Of a stretch of 64,000 nt of DNA, positions 1-11,534 are shown one piece after another. Made by a program: the position numbers and the translations under genes. The notes under the pieces are model-generated. The model had not been told where the DNA came from. It was given only the letters and a program-made list of their open reading frames with translations, and searched no databases. This DNA is from a virus. The first letter of the stretch is position 1. Every line of letters begins with the position of its first letter. The stretch lies in IMG/VR virus record IMGVR_UViG_3300045988_154892. One strand, 5' to 3'.

Positions 1-3000
1 TCATTGTTGTAGCATCTGATTTCATAGTATTAATATCGCCTTGTGCATTAGAAATACTCTTTTGTAGCCCAGAAGCTGTCGCTTGTAATGAACTTACGTC
101 TCCTTGTGTATTGCTTAAATCCGTTCTGATGCCTGTTGCTGTTTGTTCCACTTTTGTAATAGCAGAGCTTGTATCTTCTGGAGCCGGACTCCATTCGGAA
201 TGACGATTTCCCTTTTCGACTTTGAACATTTTCCATCGAACAGTTCCACTTTGGACATAATCATGTCTTAGATTAACAAACCAATATGAATTTTTTATCT
301 GGTCTGCAGAAACGGTTGTCGTATATAAAAATTCTTTCGTTCCGCTTCCAGAAATAGCAATGCTTGGACTTGATGGAAATGCTCCAGAACTCCATCCCGT
401 TACATTTCCACTACCTTGTATCCATACTTTGGCAGTTTGCCCAGTAGCAGCAACAATATTTGAATAATTGTAATATAGATAAATCGTAATTTCATCACCT
501 GCAGCAAGACCATCTGTTAGAACGGTTGCAACTGATGGGCAGATATTTTCTGCACCACTAAAACCAGAAAACTCAGAAGAATAAGAACTGGATGTATTTC
601 GAGCAAGATTTCTGCCTCCAATATAAAGAGAATTGAAATCTGTTTGTTTTGTATATGTTTTAGATACTTCTTGTGTGATGCTATCTGCTTTCACTTTAAT
701 AGCACTATTCATTTCTGTTGTTGTAGAATAATTGGCAAATTTACCATTAATCTCTTTTTTTACTTGATCTAACTGCACATTGGTAGCACGTAAAGAAATA
801 TCATTTGTATTTTGCTGAATTGCTGTTTCAGCAGAAGATATTCTTGTTTCCATCGCCTTAATACGAGATACAATCACATTGCGAATTTTTAATGTTCCTG
901 AAAAATTTCCCCAACTTTCAGTTTGAAGGAATACTCGAAAATATCTTGAATTTACTGGAACGCTAACTACAGAACTAATTTTTGTAGCTGTTGCTGCGGC
1001 AGTAGCAGTTGTTCTTGTGCTATAATTAATACCAACGCTTTGTTTTTGAGCATTAAATCCATATAAGCCGATCGCAGTACCTTTATAAGTACTATCTGTT
1101 CCTTCATTCGTTGAGTTGCCTTTTACAGAAGTAGAGATTTCAAACTCTATATTAAATGATTCTCCACCCATGCATTCATAATATCCAGAAATAAATTTAT
1201 CCCTTGACAAAGTTTTTACTGTATACCATTTACCATCTGCCGTATTATCATATGTAAAACCAAAATAATCTGCAGTGTCTTCTTTTAATTGTGAGTAATT
1301 CATTGGATCGCGGCTAAGAATATTAATATTAGTATTATTATTTGTTATTTGCGACTGAAGGTTTGTTGACGTCCTTTGTAATTCAGAAATATTGCCTTTT
1401 GCATCCGAAATATCTGATTTCATTGTCTTTGCATCGGATTTTAAAGTGTTAACATCTCCCTGGGCATTCGTGATTTTTGTTGAAAGACCAGACGCGTCAG
1501 ATTTTAAAGTCGTGATATCACCTTCAGCAGTTTTAAGTTCTGCTTTAATTTCTGTATCTGTTTGAGATAAGGTAGTAACATTTCCTTGAAGTGTTTTGAC
1601 ATTAGTTTCGATTTTTCCAGCACGTTGGTCAAAACTTGAATATTTGCTCGTTGCGTCATTTTTAGTTTCATATGTAGATGCAACTGTTTGTTTGAATCCT
1701 GTAGCATCTTGTTTTATAGAAGCAATGTCTTTTTGGACACTTGCTTGATTATTTTTGACTGTGGTTTTAACATCGGATACTTCCGAGGTTATTTCGCCAA
1801 TCTTAGTTTCTTGCGAACTCACTTGATCCCGAAGAGATTTAACGGTTGTGCCATCATAATTATTTACTGCGGTTGTAATATCTGTTTGCCAAACCTTGTT
1901 TGTAATTTTCTTGTCAATACCATCCACTTTGCTAGATACACCATTAACTCTGGTAGTTACAGTAGTCAAGGCATCCTTCATTTTGTCATCAGATAATACG
2001 ATAACCGTCTGTCTGTCTAGCACAACAGATACTTTGTCAGTTTGACTTAATGTACATCGTACACTTTTAATGTTATTTGACGTTGGGGTATAAGTTAAAG
2101 ATGATTCATTTTTTGAAGAAAGATATGTGGATTTGAAATCACTTCCTGTTGTCGATTCTTCTATTGTAAAAAGACCATGATACGGAATTCTATCGCTTCC
2201 ATCTTTCTGATAATAAGCATTAAATGTAATAGAAGCAGGAGAGAGTGTTCCATCATATGTTTTGTTTATTACATATGATGATGGTTCTATGGAGTAGATA
2301 TAGGACAACCCACCATCTTTAGATTTTGTCCAGGTAAAGTTTTTAACTAATGTTTTTCCATTTATACTAAATGTTAAGACTATATTTCCAGTTAATGTTG
2401 ATTCAGTGCCAAGTGTAGCATTTTTTACGATATTCAAAATTATCGATCCATCATTAGATATTGTACAATTCTCAGTTGACCCAAGGGTCATTCCAGATGG
2501 AAGAGTGCCGACTGCTACACTACATGGTGTTCTTGTTAAACCTCGATACCCTACAAATGATATCTCTATTAACATATCATTAATGACATGTCCATCATAT
2601 GTACATGGAATATTTTGTGATTCGTTTCCAAGAGATATACTTAAAGCAGGTTCGCCAGGATTTCCCTGACCACCAACTGCACCCGCTTTTGCAAGTGACC
2701 AAGAAACTTCTTTCTTAAATACTAATCCATTTACAGAAATTGGTATGGAGAATTTTCCGTAATCTGCTTCAATTTTATTTCCAGCCTCGACAGAAAATGT
2801 GATTGTATTATTTTTTTGTGTTACCGAAATTCCATTTTTACTTTCAACTGTTCCAATAGTGAAATTACTAACTGCATCTGTACCTTTGAATACCACAACA
2901 GAAGTATCAAAAGATTGATCCATTAAAGCAATATTATTTTGATTAGAAACAGAGAATGTTATATTTTCATTTTGAAGAATAACAGTATATGCCGACTCTC

Positions 3001-3232
3001 CATCGTTACCTTTGATTCTTGTCCATGTATAATCGTTAGGATTATCGGATTCATGTTTTTCAGTTTTGTTATAAGCAATGCCTATATAAACTGCATTTGT
3101 TGGATCGTCCGTTAAGCCAGTTCCATTTTCATCTTGTGCATACTTCACCCAGATATATTTGGAATCTGCGGATGTTCCATCTTTTCCATGTTGCAAAATC
3201 AACATGTCTAATTCGTTGCTTGATAGTAACAT
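1..3232 (-). CDS. Tail fibre / receptor-binding protein, first ~1077 codons (gene continues past left edge)
   Basis: ATG at 3232-3230 follows AAGGAGGTG. My - strand translation stays open to position 1; the codon at 235-233 is in frame with 3232. It is absent from the ORF track because there is no stop in the window. Motifs: SADSKYIWVKYAQDENGTGLTDDP..YIGIAYNKT..NDYTWTRIKG, a heptad-rich middle, and WKMFKVEKGNRHSEWSPAPEDT, typical of Gram-positive phage fibres. It lies downstream of Dit/Tal. Confidence 0.6.
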   Translation of the reverse strand, partial: MLLSSNELDMLILQHGKDGTSADSKYIWVKYAQDENGTGLTDDPTNAVYIGIAYNKTEKHESDNPNDYTWTRIKGNDGESAYTVILQNENITFSVSNQNNIALMDQSFDTSVVVFKGTDAVSNFTIGTVESKNGISVTQKNNTITFSVEAGNKIEADYGKFSIPISVNGLVFKKEVSWSLAKAGAVGGQGNPGEPALSISLGNESQNIPCTYDGHVINDMLIEISFVGYRGLTRTPCSVAVGTLPSGMTLGSTENCTISNDGSIILNIVKNATLGTESTLTGNIVLTFSINGKTLVKNFTWTKSKDGGLSYIYSIEPSSYVINKTYDGTLSPASITFNAYYQKDGSDRIPYHGLFTIEESTTGSDFKSTYLSSKNESSLTYTPTSNNIKSVRCTLSQTDKVSVVLDRQTVIVLSDDKMKDALTTVTTRVNGVSSKVDGIDKKITNKVWQTDITTAVNNYDGTTVKSLRDQVSSQETKIGEITSEVSDVKTTVKNNQASVQKDIASIKQDATGFKQTVASTYETKNDATSKYSSFDQRAGKIETNVKTLQGNVTTLSQTDTEIKAELKTAEGDITTLKSDASGLSTKITNAQGDVNTLKSDAKTMKSDISDAKGNISELQRTSTNLQSQITNNNTNINILSRDPMNYSQLKEDTADYFGFTYDNTADGKWYTVKTLSRDKFISGYYECMGGESFNIEFEISTSVKGNSTNEGTDSTYKGTAIGLYGFNAQKQSVGINYSTRTTATAAATATKISSVVSVPVNSRYFRVFLQTESWGNFSGTLKIRNVIVSRIKAMETRISSAETAIQQNTNDISLRATNVQLDQVKKEINGKFANYSTTTEMNSAIKVKADSITQEVSKTYTKQTDFNSLYIGGRNLARNTSSSYSSEFSGFSGAENICPSVATVLTDGLAAGDEITIYLYYNYSNIVAATGQTAKVWIQGSGNVTGWSSGAFPSSPSIAISGSGTKEFLYTTTVSADQIKNSYWFVNLRHDYVQSGTVRWKMFKVEKGNRHSEWSPAPEDTSSAITKVEQTATGIRTDLSNTQGDVSSLQATASGLQKSISNAQGDINTMKSDATTM

Positions 3233-3253
3233 TGCCCACCTCCTTTTTATGTG

Positions 3254-6200
3254 TTACATTTTTTCGATTAATGTATCGATATCTTTATCTGTTAATATAT
3301 TCGCATTTTCCTTGATTGCATCGATAACGGTTGTTCCAATCTCTTCATAAGATTTGCTGAGTAATTTATTTAAAATTGCATCTGCTAATAAATCATAATT
3401 TATCTGTTTAAGAGATTTTCCACTATTGACAAATACGCTATCAGAAGAATCAAGCACTTCAGTTGTATTTACATCAATAATATTTTTGCTCGAAGCAGAA
3501 GTATCTGATGCTGCTTCAACGGAATATAGACTAATTCCATTTTCATCTTGCAATGTATTTGATTGCTCATCCGTAATTGACACTTGTGCTACGTCTCCAA
3601 TATCAACTAGACAACGAATTCTCTTACGTATAATTGATTTATCAACATTAATTGTCAATGTTTTATTATTTCCAACCGTTTTCCAACCACCTGACTCGTT
3701 ATTTATAATTTGCCATTTGTAAGATATCGGTTCCATAGGCGTAGCACCTTTATATACTTGACATGCACATATAGTACTCGTAATTGTTGTATCATCATCA
3801 AACACTACTCCTTTTTCGCTGGTGATAATTACAGAAATAGAAGGCTGTCCATCGACTCCATTTAAACTATCCAAAATATGTACAGTTAATACATCGTATA
3901 ATTTTTTTGTGGAATCTTCGACTTTAATAACTAAAGATTTTTTTGTTGATGGTAATGTTGCAATATAAGAAGATGGTATTGTGATTGAAGTTTTATCCGT
4001 AGATACATATCTTGTATTTTCTGCATTATCTATATACCATTTACCGATTTTAACATCATTTCTATATTTTGCCGTTATAGTTATATTGTTTGGAGATATA
4101 ACACCATCTATTTTTCGAAATATCTGTTCACCATATAAGTCTAGCGTACCGATTTTATCTTCTACATTTTCAATTTGATCAGTAATTTGTTTTTTAATTG
4201 AGACGAACTCTGCATCAACTCCATGCCCATTAACAATGACTTTTGTAGCATCAACATTTCCATTTTTATCTGCTTCAACAATATTAAAATTTAATTTATC
4301 CTTAGAAAGAGTACCATCTGCAACCATATCATTTTTGATTAATCCATCAGCAATAGCAGACTCCTTGATTCCTTTTGAATCAATTAATATACCTTTTCCA
4401 GTCTCGTCATATAAAGTAAACGTAAAATTGTCCTTTGCATCACGACCAATTTGAATACGTACATTATTATTTTTGTCTTTAAATTGCATTGTGTTACCAA
4501 CGATAGTAAGTCCACCATCGTCGGAAGCAATATTAAATTTATCGGCAGAAATAGTACTTGCCTTTAGCATTGCTACAGTAATATTTGCCGCAATCAAATC
4601 ACGAATTACTGCATCGTCAACAACAACATTACTGGCAGTAAGATGAATAAGGTGTCCAAGTTCTGCAGAAATATTTCCAGCCAATAAACTATCAATCGCA
4701 GCAACAACTGCGGATAATTCCTTAAAATTACCACTACCTGCGACAATTTTATCAGCAGAAATTAATTTTGACTGTAGATATTCGAAATATCCATTCTCAC
4801 CATATAGATCAGTAACTTTAATCAACTTGGCATTTAATTCTTGTAATGATATAGAACCACTACCAAGCATACCTGCGAATTCATTATTTATAATGGAAGA
4901 AACTTTATTGCTGAATGCACCAGAGGATAAAAGCTTTTGGATTAGCCCAGATGTAAGAGTGATGCCTTCATTGTTTAAGAAATTATTAGATGAACCAGAT
5001 GCGGAAGATTTACTACCACCAGATGAATTATCCAGAAGATAAGAAATATCAGAAAATCCATTTTTGGTTCGAGTCATATTGGAAAATGTTAATTCGATAT
5101 TGTTGTCCATTGTTAATGGATTGTATGTCATTTCAATTAAACGCAGTTTTATAACATTACTATTTCCAATCGTTAAATACAAATAATCTCCACGGTTGAT
5201 GTTTTTTGTATAATCTTTATATTCACTTTTCGCTAAAAAGTTATCTAATGATGTTGTATATTGATATTGTGGGTGAGAAGATATGTATAAATCATCAGAT
5301 GCAGCGTCCAGCAATTTTAGTTGCTCATCAATTGCAGAAACTTGCTCATCAGAATCTGTGAGAAACATATTATCATTTGAATATGTTCCATCATAATAAA
5401 CCTTAGATAGTTCTAATAAATCTTTTGTCGAAAATGAAATTGTATCAGATAGCGATGAGATATTTCGATTGGATTCATCAGTGATATAATTTGCATTCTC
5501 ATCAGTAATAGAAACATTAGTTTGATGAACCCAAGTTTCTTTGTTTACTTGTTGAGTTAATTGAACTCGTGTTTTATTATATCCATTTAAAACATCATTG
5601 GCTGCATCAATTTCAGATTGTCTCTGATCATATGCTTCCTGGCATCCTCCTACATAATTAGAATCTAATTGATTTTGAGCGTCCAGATATTTTGTATACA
5701 TCTTATCATGAATGTCTTTAGTGTGAGAAGAATCTTCAGAATATGGTTTATCGTAACCGCCCTTTTTACAAGTTTCAATTGTGTTTTTATACTCTTGCAG
5801 CTTTACTTTTAATTCGTCTAATCCGTATAACTTCCAATCGGTTTTATAAGAGTCTACGTAATCTGCATTGTCATCGTCAGTAGGTAATTGACGATTATCT
5901 ATTTCGATTTGAATAGATGGAAGAATTACATCTCGAATTTGATAATAATCATTAGCATCCGAAGACTTTTTCAAGGCATCCTCATCAAACTTGCCATCGC
6001 TATCTACATAGAATTGTTCATAACCCTTGAGTTGGGCCTGGTAATTTGCTTGTGCTTCCTTTAATTCATCATCTGTAAATGTACTCCAATCTGTAGAGCA
6101 ATCATCCAAAGGAACACGATCATACAATTCTGTGATAACTTTCATCTGTTGATTATATTTTCTAGTCGCTTCAATATAATCAATTCTACAGTTTTCCATA

Positions 6201-7195
6201 TCTTGTTTCCAAAGATTGTATTTTTGAATAAAAGCAGAAGAGAAGTACTTTTCGTTTAAATAATAATCAATATTTTCAATATAATTCGAGCCAAAATTTA
6301 CATAAGTGATACCAAGATCATCTGATCCTTGTACATAATAACGTGTAAACATCTTGCCATCGTCAACAGATATATCTTGAGATTGCTGTAAGTTTTTAAA
6401 GTTAATATTTACATTGGTATTTTCTCCGTAATTTTCAGGATGATAAGCATTAATTTTCATATGTAAAAAATCAAAAACAAAAATACATTGAAAATACTGT
6501 GCCATATCCTGTGTGAAAAAAGAATAAACATCCTGACTCTCAATATCAAATGCGCCTATTTCATCAGATAATAGAGTAGAAGTCTCAACATATTTACCAT
6601 CTTTATATGTACGATATGTTTTTGGAATAGTATCTATTTCCCCTATTGACCAACCATAGACACCACCAGCCTTAAGAACAAGATCTAACAGACTTAATTG
6701 TGGATTATTTGGATTATAAAACTTGATTTGCTCTTTTGCGAATTCTACGTCCCCTATTTTCTCAACATTGTTATCCGCAAGCATTTCATACGAATCTGTT
6801 GTCCCTTGATTAATTTTAAAATTTTTTAAATCATGTTGCTCCATTTCTATCTCTGCTGAGTGACAGGTGATAGTTTTAACCTCTTTGATTCCATCGTGTG
6901 ATATTTTAGGTGCGTCCATGATAAACCATCCAACATTATCGACATATACTCGCATAAGCCAAGCAACTAAATCATATACGTTGGAATGTACTAATTTTGA
7001 TAAACCATATTCATCTTCGATTAAAATATTTTCATTGATATCGAATGTTAATTCATATGTATTAATGAATTTGGAAGTAAGCTGAAATGTACTTTCTTCG
7101 ATTCCGTTGATAGCGCATAGAATTTTATTGTTTGGTGTACCTAAATACACATGACTTTGTATTGGTTGGTTATACCGATCATAAACAATGTTCAA
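3254..7195 (-). CDS. Tail-associated baseplate hub / minor structural protein (Tal-like), 1313 aa
   Basis: Long ORF directly after the Dit-like gene, in the canonical TMP-Dit-Tal-fibre order. The N-terminus (MNIVYDRYNQPIQSHVYLGTPNNKILCAINGIEE...) resembles the phage minor structural protein N-terminal region as I recall it. Confidence 0.55.
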   Translation of the reverse strand: MNIVYDRYNQPIQSHVYLGTPNNKILCAINGIEESTFQLTSKFINTYELTFDINENILIEDEYGLSKLVHSNVYDLVAWLMRVYVDNVGWFIMDAPKISHDGIKEVKTITCHSAEIEMEQHDLKNFKINQGTTDSYEMLADNNVEKIGDVEFAKEQIKFYNPNNPQLSLLDLVLKAGGVYGWSIGEIDTIPKTYRTYKDGKYVETSTLLSDEIGAFDIESQDVYSFFTQDMAQYFQCIFVFDFLHMKINAYHPENYGENTNVNINFKNLQQSQDISVDDGKMFTRYYVQGSDDLGITYVNFGSNYIENIDYYLNEKYFSSAFIQKYNLWKQDMENCRIDYIEATRKYNQQMKVITELYDRVPLDDCSTDWSTFTDDELKEAQANYQAQLKGYEQFYVDSDGKFDEDALKKSSDANDYYQIRDVILPSIQIEIDNRQLPTDDDNADYVDSYKTDWKLYGLDELKVKLQEYKNTIETCKKGGYDKPYSEDSSHTKDIHDKMYTKYLDAQNQLDSNYVGGCQEAYDQRQSEIDAANDVLNGYNKTRVQLTQQVNKETWVHQTNVSITDENANYITDESNRNISSLSDTISFSTKDLLELSKVYYDGTYSNDNMFLTDSDEQVSAIDEQLKLLDAASDDLYISSHPQYQYTTSLDNFLAKSEYKDYTKNINRGDYLYLTIGNSNVIKLRLIEMTYNPLTMDNNIELTFSNMTRTKNGFSDISYLLDNSSGGSKSSASGSSNNFLNNEGITLTSGLIQKLLSSGAFSNKVSSIINNEFAGMLGSGSISLQELNAKLIKVTDLYGENGYFEYLQSKLISADKIVAGSGNFKELSAVVAAIDSLLAGNISAELGHLIHLTASNVVVDDAVIRDLIAANITVAMLKASTISADKFNIASDDGGLTIVGNTMQFKDKNNNVRIQIGRDAKDNFTFTLYDETGKGILIDSKGIKESAIADGLIKNDMVADGTLSKDKLNFNIVEADKNGNVDATKVIVNGHGVDAEFVSIKKQITDQIENVEDKIGTLDLYGEQIFRKIDGVISPNNITITAKYRNDVKIGKWYIDNAENTRYVSTDKTSITIPSSYIATLPSTKKSLVIKVEDSTKKLYDVLTVHILDSLNGVDGQPSISVIITSEKGVVFDDDTTITSTICACQVYKGATPMEPISYKWQIINNESGGWKTVGNNKTLTINVDKSIIRKRIRCLVDIGDVAQVSITDEQSNTLQDENGISLYSVEAASDTSASSKNIIDVNTTEVLDSSDSVFVNSGKSLKQINYDLLADAILNKLLSKSYEEIGTTVIDAIKENANILTDKDIDTLIEKM

Positions 7196-7197
7196 AA

Positions 7198-8286
7198 TTA
7201 TTCACCAACCTTTCGTGCCTCAATATGTTTTATACGAAAATCACAATTACCATAAAATAAGAAAGAATTATTCCCGTGAACTAATTGTATCCAATACATA
7301 TGAGCGACATTATTGATGCCTAATTTATCATATCTTACCATCCGTCCAAGCTCATCATTAATTGTTAATTTCTGGCAATCCATAGATATATTTAAATCTT
7401 TTGAAACAGACAAAACCATAATGCCATTTTCGATGATATAATATACTTTTGAATCTGTTCTATAAAAAACCGTACATGCTGTTTCATTTCCATATGCATC
7501 AATTAATTTAAATTGAGTCAATGTATTATCGCATCTCCAATTAATATCTTTGGTTTCTTCTGAAATGTCAAATTGTGCAGTACATGCATTTGATTTTGCA
7601 TATAATTCAACATAAGAAATTAATTGTCCCATATAATTTGTATTAGAGGAAGATAGTGTTCCTGTTTCGCAAATCGTACAATCAGACATATTACAAATTA
7701 CAATATCCCCATTTGCTTTTGGAAAAATATCAATCGTTGGATACACATAACTATTTAATTCATCACTGTTATTTGCGATTAGAATATTTTTATATGTTGA
7801 ACATGATACGTTAGTTGTAATATCGTCGGTATAACCAAACGGGGTTGTGCATTTAAAATATAATTTTAATCCAAAGGTTTGAGAATTTACCGAATACGAT
7901 TCAATATTATTAAACCATCCAAAATAACGAATTGTATCATCAGCAGAATCATCGGTTCCAGAAAATGTCAGCCATTCTGGAAAATGAGAAGAAGTGAGCC
8001 ATTTGGTAATTTCTCGACGCTCAGACTTTGTGATAATAGAATCACTTTGACTTAAATATGTGCATGGGTCTTTGATAATATCTAACTCAAATTCTAATGT
8101 GTCATTCCACTTATCATAGAAATAATTTGGTTCCGTTTTATAGCGATTTGCATCACCTGTCTCCATATCCCTATCCATTGCCATATTTACATCTGATCCA
8201 CCTTCAAAATCCACGGATACATATTTCACACTTAAATCACTCAGTTTCTTTCCCATAAACGTAAAATCTTTAAATTCTTTTGCCAT
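7198..8286 (-). CDS. Distal tail protein (Dit-like), 362 aa
   Basis: First ORF after the tape-measure stop. The start (FKDFTFMGKKLSDL...VSVDFEGG) resembles siphovirus tail-component family proteins. The call rests mainly on position. Confidence 0.5.
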   Translation of the reverse strand: MAKEFKDFTFMGKKLSDLSVKYVSVDFEGGSDVNMAMDRDMETGDANRYKTEPNYFYDKWNDTLEFELDIIKDPCTYLSQSDSIITKSERREITKWLTSSHFPEWLTFSGTDDSADDTIRYFGWFNNIESYSVNSQTFGLKLYFKCTTPFGYTDDITTNVSCSTYKNILIANNSDELNSYVYPTIDIFPKANGDIVICNMSDCTICETGTLSSSNTNYMGQLISYVELYAKSNACTAQFDISEETKDINWRCDNTLTQFKLIDAYGNETACTVFYRTDSKVYYIIENGIMVLSVSKDLNISMDCQKLTINDELGRMVRYDKLGINNVAHMYWIQLVHGNNSFLFYGNCDFRIKHIEARKVGE

Positions 8287-8324
8287 TTTCTCACCTCCAA
8301 AAATTTGTTATAGTTATAGAAATA

Positions 8325-8350
8325 GGAGAGTACCTTTGACAGTACCCTCC
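8325..8350 (-). terminator. Hairpin after the TMP stop (attenuator or terminator)
   Basis: On the - strand, GGAGGGUAC-UGUCAAAG-GUACUCUCC is followed by UAUUUCUAUA. The U tract is weak. Confidence 0.4.
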
Positions 8351-8358
8351 CATAAAAA

Positions 8359-9838
8359 TTACATAATTATCTTGTGTCCAAGTCTTCCGTATTCGTCAGC
8401 CAACTTTTTCGTTGTATACGTATACGATTTTTCCAGTATTTTCTGCAATCCAGGCAGAGCATCCCTGTCAACATTACCTTCAACTGTGAGTAATGAATCA
8501 TAATGATTTGTTACCGTTACATTTCCGACATTGCTGATATTCTGAGGAATACTATTGTAGATAACATTGGCAGCATTAGCACCAAAGCTATTCGGATCAG
8601 TAGTACCCCATGTCATGAGATTGCTTACAAAATCCGCTGGTATTACAGAATCGCCTTTATTCACGCGAGTAAGCACAGCACCATCGTCACGAACAATAGT
8701 TTCTGGTATATCATCATGTTTCGTATAACGATTCTCATCAGTCCAAGCCAACTGATCTTTATCCGCATTAACGACACCATTCTCGTAACCACTAATCTGA
8801 CTAAGACGTACCCATCCAAGATCACTATAATTAGGATCATGCGCACTTTTGATATGGATCTTAAAATCACCAGTAGTACGTCCATTTCCGCCATATTCCC
8901 TAGCAGTGTAAGAGTCAATAACAACAGCACCAGGCTGACCGGAAAATCTATTACCCTTTGGAGACATACCCCAAGAGTCATTGTAATAAGATCCCGTGAA
9001 CGTTACGACATCGCCAACACGAGGAATGCCATCGCCGCCTGTCTTAGCAGGTTGTGGTTTTGGGGTAGGAGCCGGTGGTTTCGGCTTCGCATTGACCTTA
9101 ATTGATACTTTTGCAGACAGTCCACTTCCATCGGTAGTGGTAGCAGTAATCGTACAAGAGCCAGGTTTCTTCGCTTTTACCGTGCCATTTGATACAGTAG
9201 CAATTGATTCATTACTTGATTTCCAAGCAAGAGTTTTATTGGCTGCATCGTTCGGTCTGATTGTAGCAGTAATACTTGTGGATTTGCCCTCTTCCAGTGT
9301 AGTAGAAGTAGGAGACACCTTTAGTTCCGCAACCTTACGATTCGTTGTATCTTCCGGTTTGACTAATTGATCCGCAAGATCACTGTTTGCTTTTGAATTA
9401 CTGTTTATTGGATCAGTTTTTGTACCAGATGCGGTACTGGATGGATTTTTATTTGCACTGGACTGAGACTGTGATGCGTTGGAATTTTGATTCTTAACAC
9501 CTATCTCTGTGCCTAGATCAGACTGGGTATTGTTAAAATCTGTACTACCTACCCAGCCAGTATTTTTGATGATAGAATTGATTTTCCCATATGCTTCTTG
9601 ATAAGAGGACACGGCTTTGTCAAGCATAGAATTAATGATCTCAAGTTGTTTGTCGGCATTATGACTGATTTCGTACTCGGTGTTGTCCAACGTCTCTTGT
9701 AAATCCGAAGAAAGCTTGTCGAAACCTTGAGACTGCATATCATAAGCATGGTCACGCTTCGTATCATCAAGATCTTGCTCTGCAGTTTCCAGTTCGGCCC
9801 TTAATTTTCGTAATTTGCTTTGTGACTCTAGATTATTT
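8359..9838 (-). CDS. Tape measure protein, exon 7 (C-terminal 492 aa; Ig-like Big_2-type and SH3-like segments)
   Basis: The frame of ORF 8359..9738 stays open upstream to 9838 (..NNLESQSKLRKLRAELETAEQDLDDTKRDHAYDMQSQGF). The ATG at 9738 has no SD. The coiled-coil sequence continues that of exon 6. Also contains VSPTSTTLEEGKSTSITATIRPNDAANKTLAWKSSNESIATV, which is Big_2-like. Confidence 0.75.
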
Positions 9839-11534
9839 CATTATTTCTTTTCACTTATTCGCTACATAAGTGAGAGAGTAAAACTCTCCTCATATTTTCA
9901 TATGAGATTAGACTATATCTTCTGTTTATTAATCTAACTTATTTTATGGAAAATGTATTTCATTTTTGGGCGTTTAAAAGTAAGTTTCAATTCTTCTATG
10001 AGAATTTTTTCTAAATTATCAATTTCCCAATAGGGCATACGTAAAAGTTCTATATTATTATTTTTACAAAATTCGTTTTTGATATTATCATGTTTTTGAA
10101 CCCATTCTAAATTCTTTATTGCATCTTGTTCTGTCATCGATGATGTACGTTTAATTGGCTCATAATGATGAATACCATCAAATTCTATACATTTATTATA
10201 TGTAGGTAAATAAAAATCAAAAGGCAATGAATTCTTATCATGGCAATCATCAAATTTAAAACCTCTATAGTATTCTACATTATAATTATTTAAAATCTCT
10301 GCTATGATAGTTTCTCCAACGCTATTACTTGAACAATTTGGACATTTCCCGTCATAGTATTTTCTGCAATAATTACTAAAAGAAGAATAAAATATATTAT
10401 TACAGCTACCACATAAAATTTCTAATTTACTGTGACTTTTCTCATAAACTTCTGACAATAATTTATTATTATTTTTACTTTCAACATAATTTTTGACATA
10501 ATCATAACTTAGTCTAATTGCATTTCCAATTGCTTTATTTGAACATTGCGGACACCCATATTTTGCTCTTTTAAAATTACTTAGAGATGTAATGTATGTA
10601 TGACCACATTGCTTATTTTTAAAAACAAGATTTGATATTTTACAATTTACATAATCATTAGGATTTAATATGTCACAATTCTTTTTATTTGCAATGCTTA
10701 TTAGATCTTCTACAGAAATTCTTCTTTCCTCTGATATTTTTTCTAAAATACAATCATGACATATTGAATTACCGTATATAATAGAACTGGCAAGCATTTT
10801 TTGATCTCCATGCTTTTGACATTTAAACTCTACAAAACTCTTAACCCCAGTATAATCTTCAAATGAAGTCAATGGGATATAATTATACTGATTACAAAAG
10901 TTTAAATATTCGTTATAAGAATCAACATATTTATCATTTTTGATATCAGCAATCTTTTGCACTTTACATTCTTTTTTATTACAGCAGCTTTTAGTGATTT
11001 TTTGAAGACCCTTTTGATAGCCACCATAATTCGTTTTAAATATCTCTCCACAGTAATCACATGTCACTTGTACCAATACTTTACAAGTTGGCATAAGATC
11101 TTCTGCTTTGCACATAAATAAATCCCCAGTTTTTGTATATGTATAACCCTTTCCTACATACCATTTAACGTTATGCGCATTCCATTTTACTTCAACTTTT
11201 TGATTTTCTACTAACATATTCACCTCCAATCTTTTATTCTCTTCTTGTAAAATTGCACAACAAAAAATCACGTATCTTTCAACGTGATTAAATCCATAAA
11301 AATAATTATATTTAATAAACAGTTTGTATTTTTCGAGTTGCCAATCGCTTGCAACCCTATGGTGGTACACTCATCCCACCTAGTCGTTGAACGTTCTCCT
11401 ATTCGGAGTTTCGCTGCTGATTGTCCAATCTATATATTTTTCAAGCATTCACGTTTTGCTTTATTTCATGCATCCGTTGTAGCATATATAGCTCTAAGGA
11501 TATTCCAGCATTTAAACAAATTCGGCAAATATTC
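9839..11534 (-). mobile_element. Group I-type intron (TMP intron 6), 1696 nt, carrying a homing-endonuclease gene
   Basis: The 5' exon ends ..UCGGU and intron nt 9-13 GCCGA form a 5-bp P1 with a U.G pair. The intron ends ..AGAAAUAAUG. Splicing restores the frame (..AQIMALESV|NNLESQSKL..). The 3' part has three hairpins, including a GAAA loop and a GUAGCGAA loop. The core block GACAAUCAGCAG..AACGUUCAACGA is shared with the 39.3-kb intron. Confidence 0.7.
9934..11217 (-). CDS. Intron-encoded homing endonuclease (Cys-rich Zn-finger N-terminal modules + PD-(D/E)XK, Vsr/DUF559-like C-terminus)
   Basis: The likely start is the internal ATG at 11217 after GGAGGTGAAT; the track ORF extends to 11370 through intron RNA. 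The N-terminus VEVKWNAHNVKWYVGKGYTYTK..VQVTCDYCG matches the HNH protein at 55688. The C-terminus LPFDFYLPTYNKCIEFDGIHHYEP is a restriction-endonuclease-like motif. Confidence 0.7.
   Translation of the reverse strand: MLVENQKVEVKWNAHNVKWYVGKGYTYTKTGDLFMCKAEDLMPTCKVLVQVTCDYCGEIFKTNYGGYQKGLQKITKSCCNKKECKVQKIADIKNDKYVDSYNEYLNFCNQYNYIPLTSFEDYTGVKSFVEFKCQKHGDQKMLASSIIYGNSICHDCILEKISEERRISVEDLISIANKKNCDILNPNDYVNCKISNLVFKNKQCGHTYITSLSNFKRAKYGCPQCSNKAIGNAIRLSYDYVKNYVESKNNNKLLSEVYEKSHSKLEILCGSCNNIFYSSFSNYCRKYYDGKCPNCSSNSVGETIIAEILNNYNVEYYRGFKFDDCHDKNSLPFDFYLPTYNKCIEFDGIHHYEPIKRTSSMTEQDAIKNLEWVQKHDNIKNEFCKNNNIELLRMPYWEIDNLEKILIEELKLTFKRPKMKYIFHKIS

Noticed and set aside
11441-11534. C-terminal tail of track ORF 11441..17257 (..VNICRICLNAGISLELYMLQRMHEIKQNVNA), and similar tails at 29233-29281, 25122-25157 and 39359-39427
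   Set aside because: These are Cys/hydrophobic junk sequences that begin exactly where the TMP-like or structural sequence stops after a GGU. I interpret them as read-through into intron RNA, not as protein.
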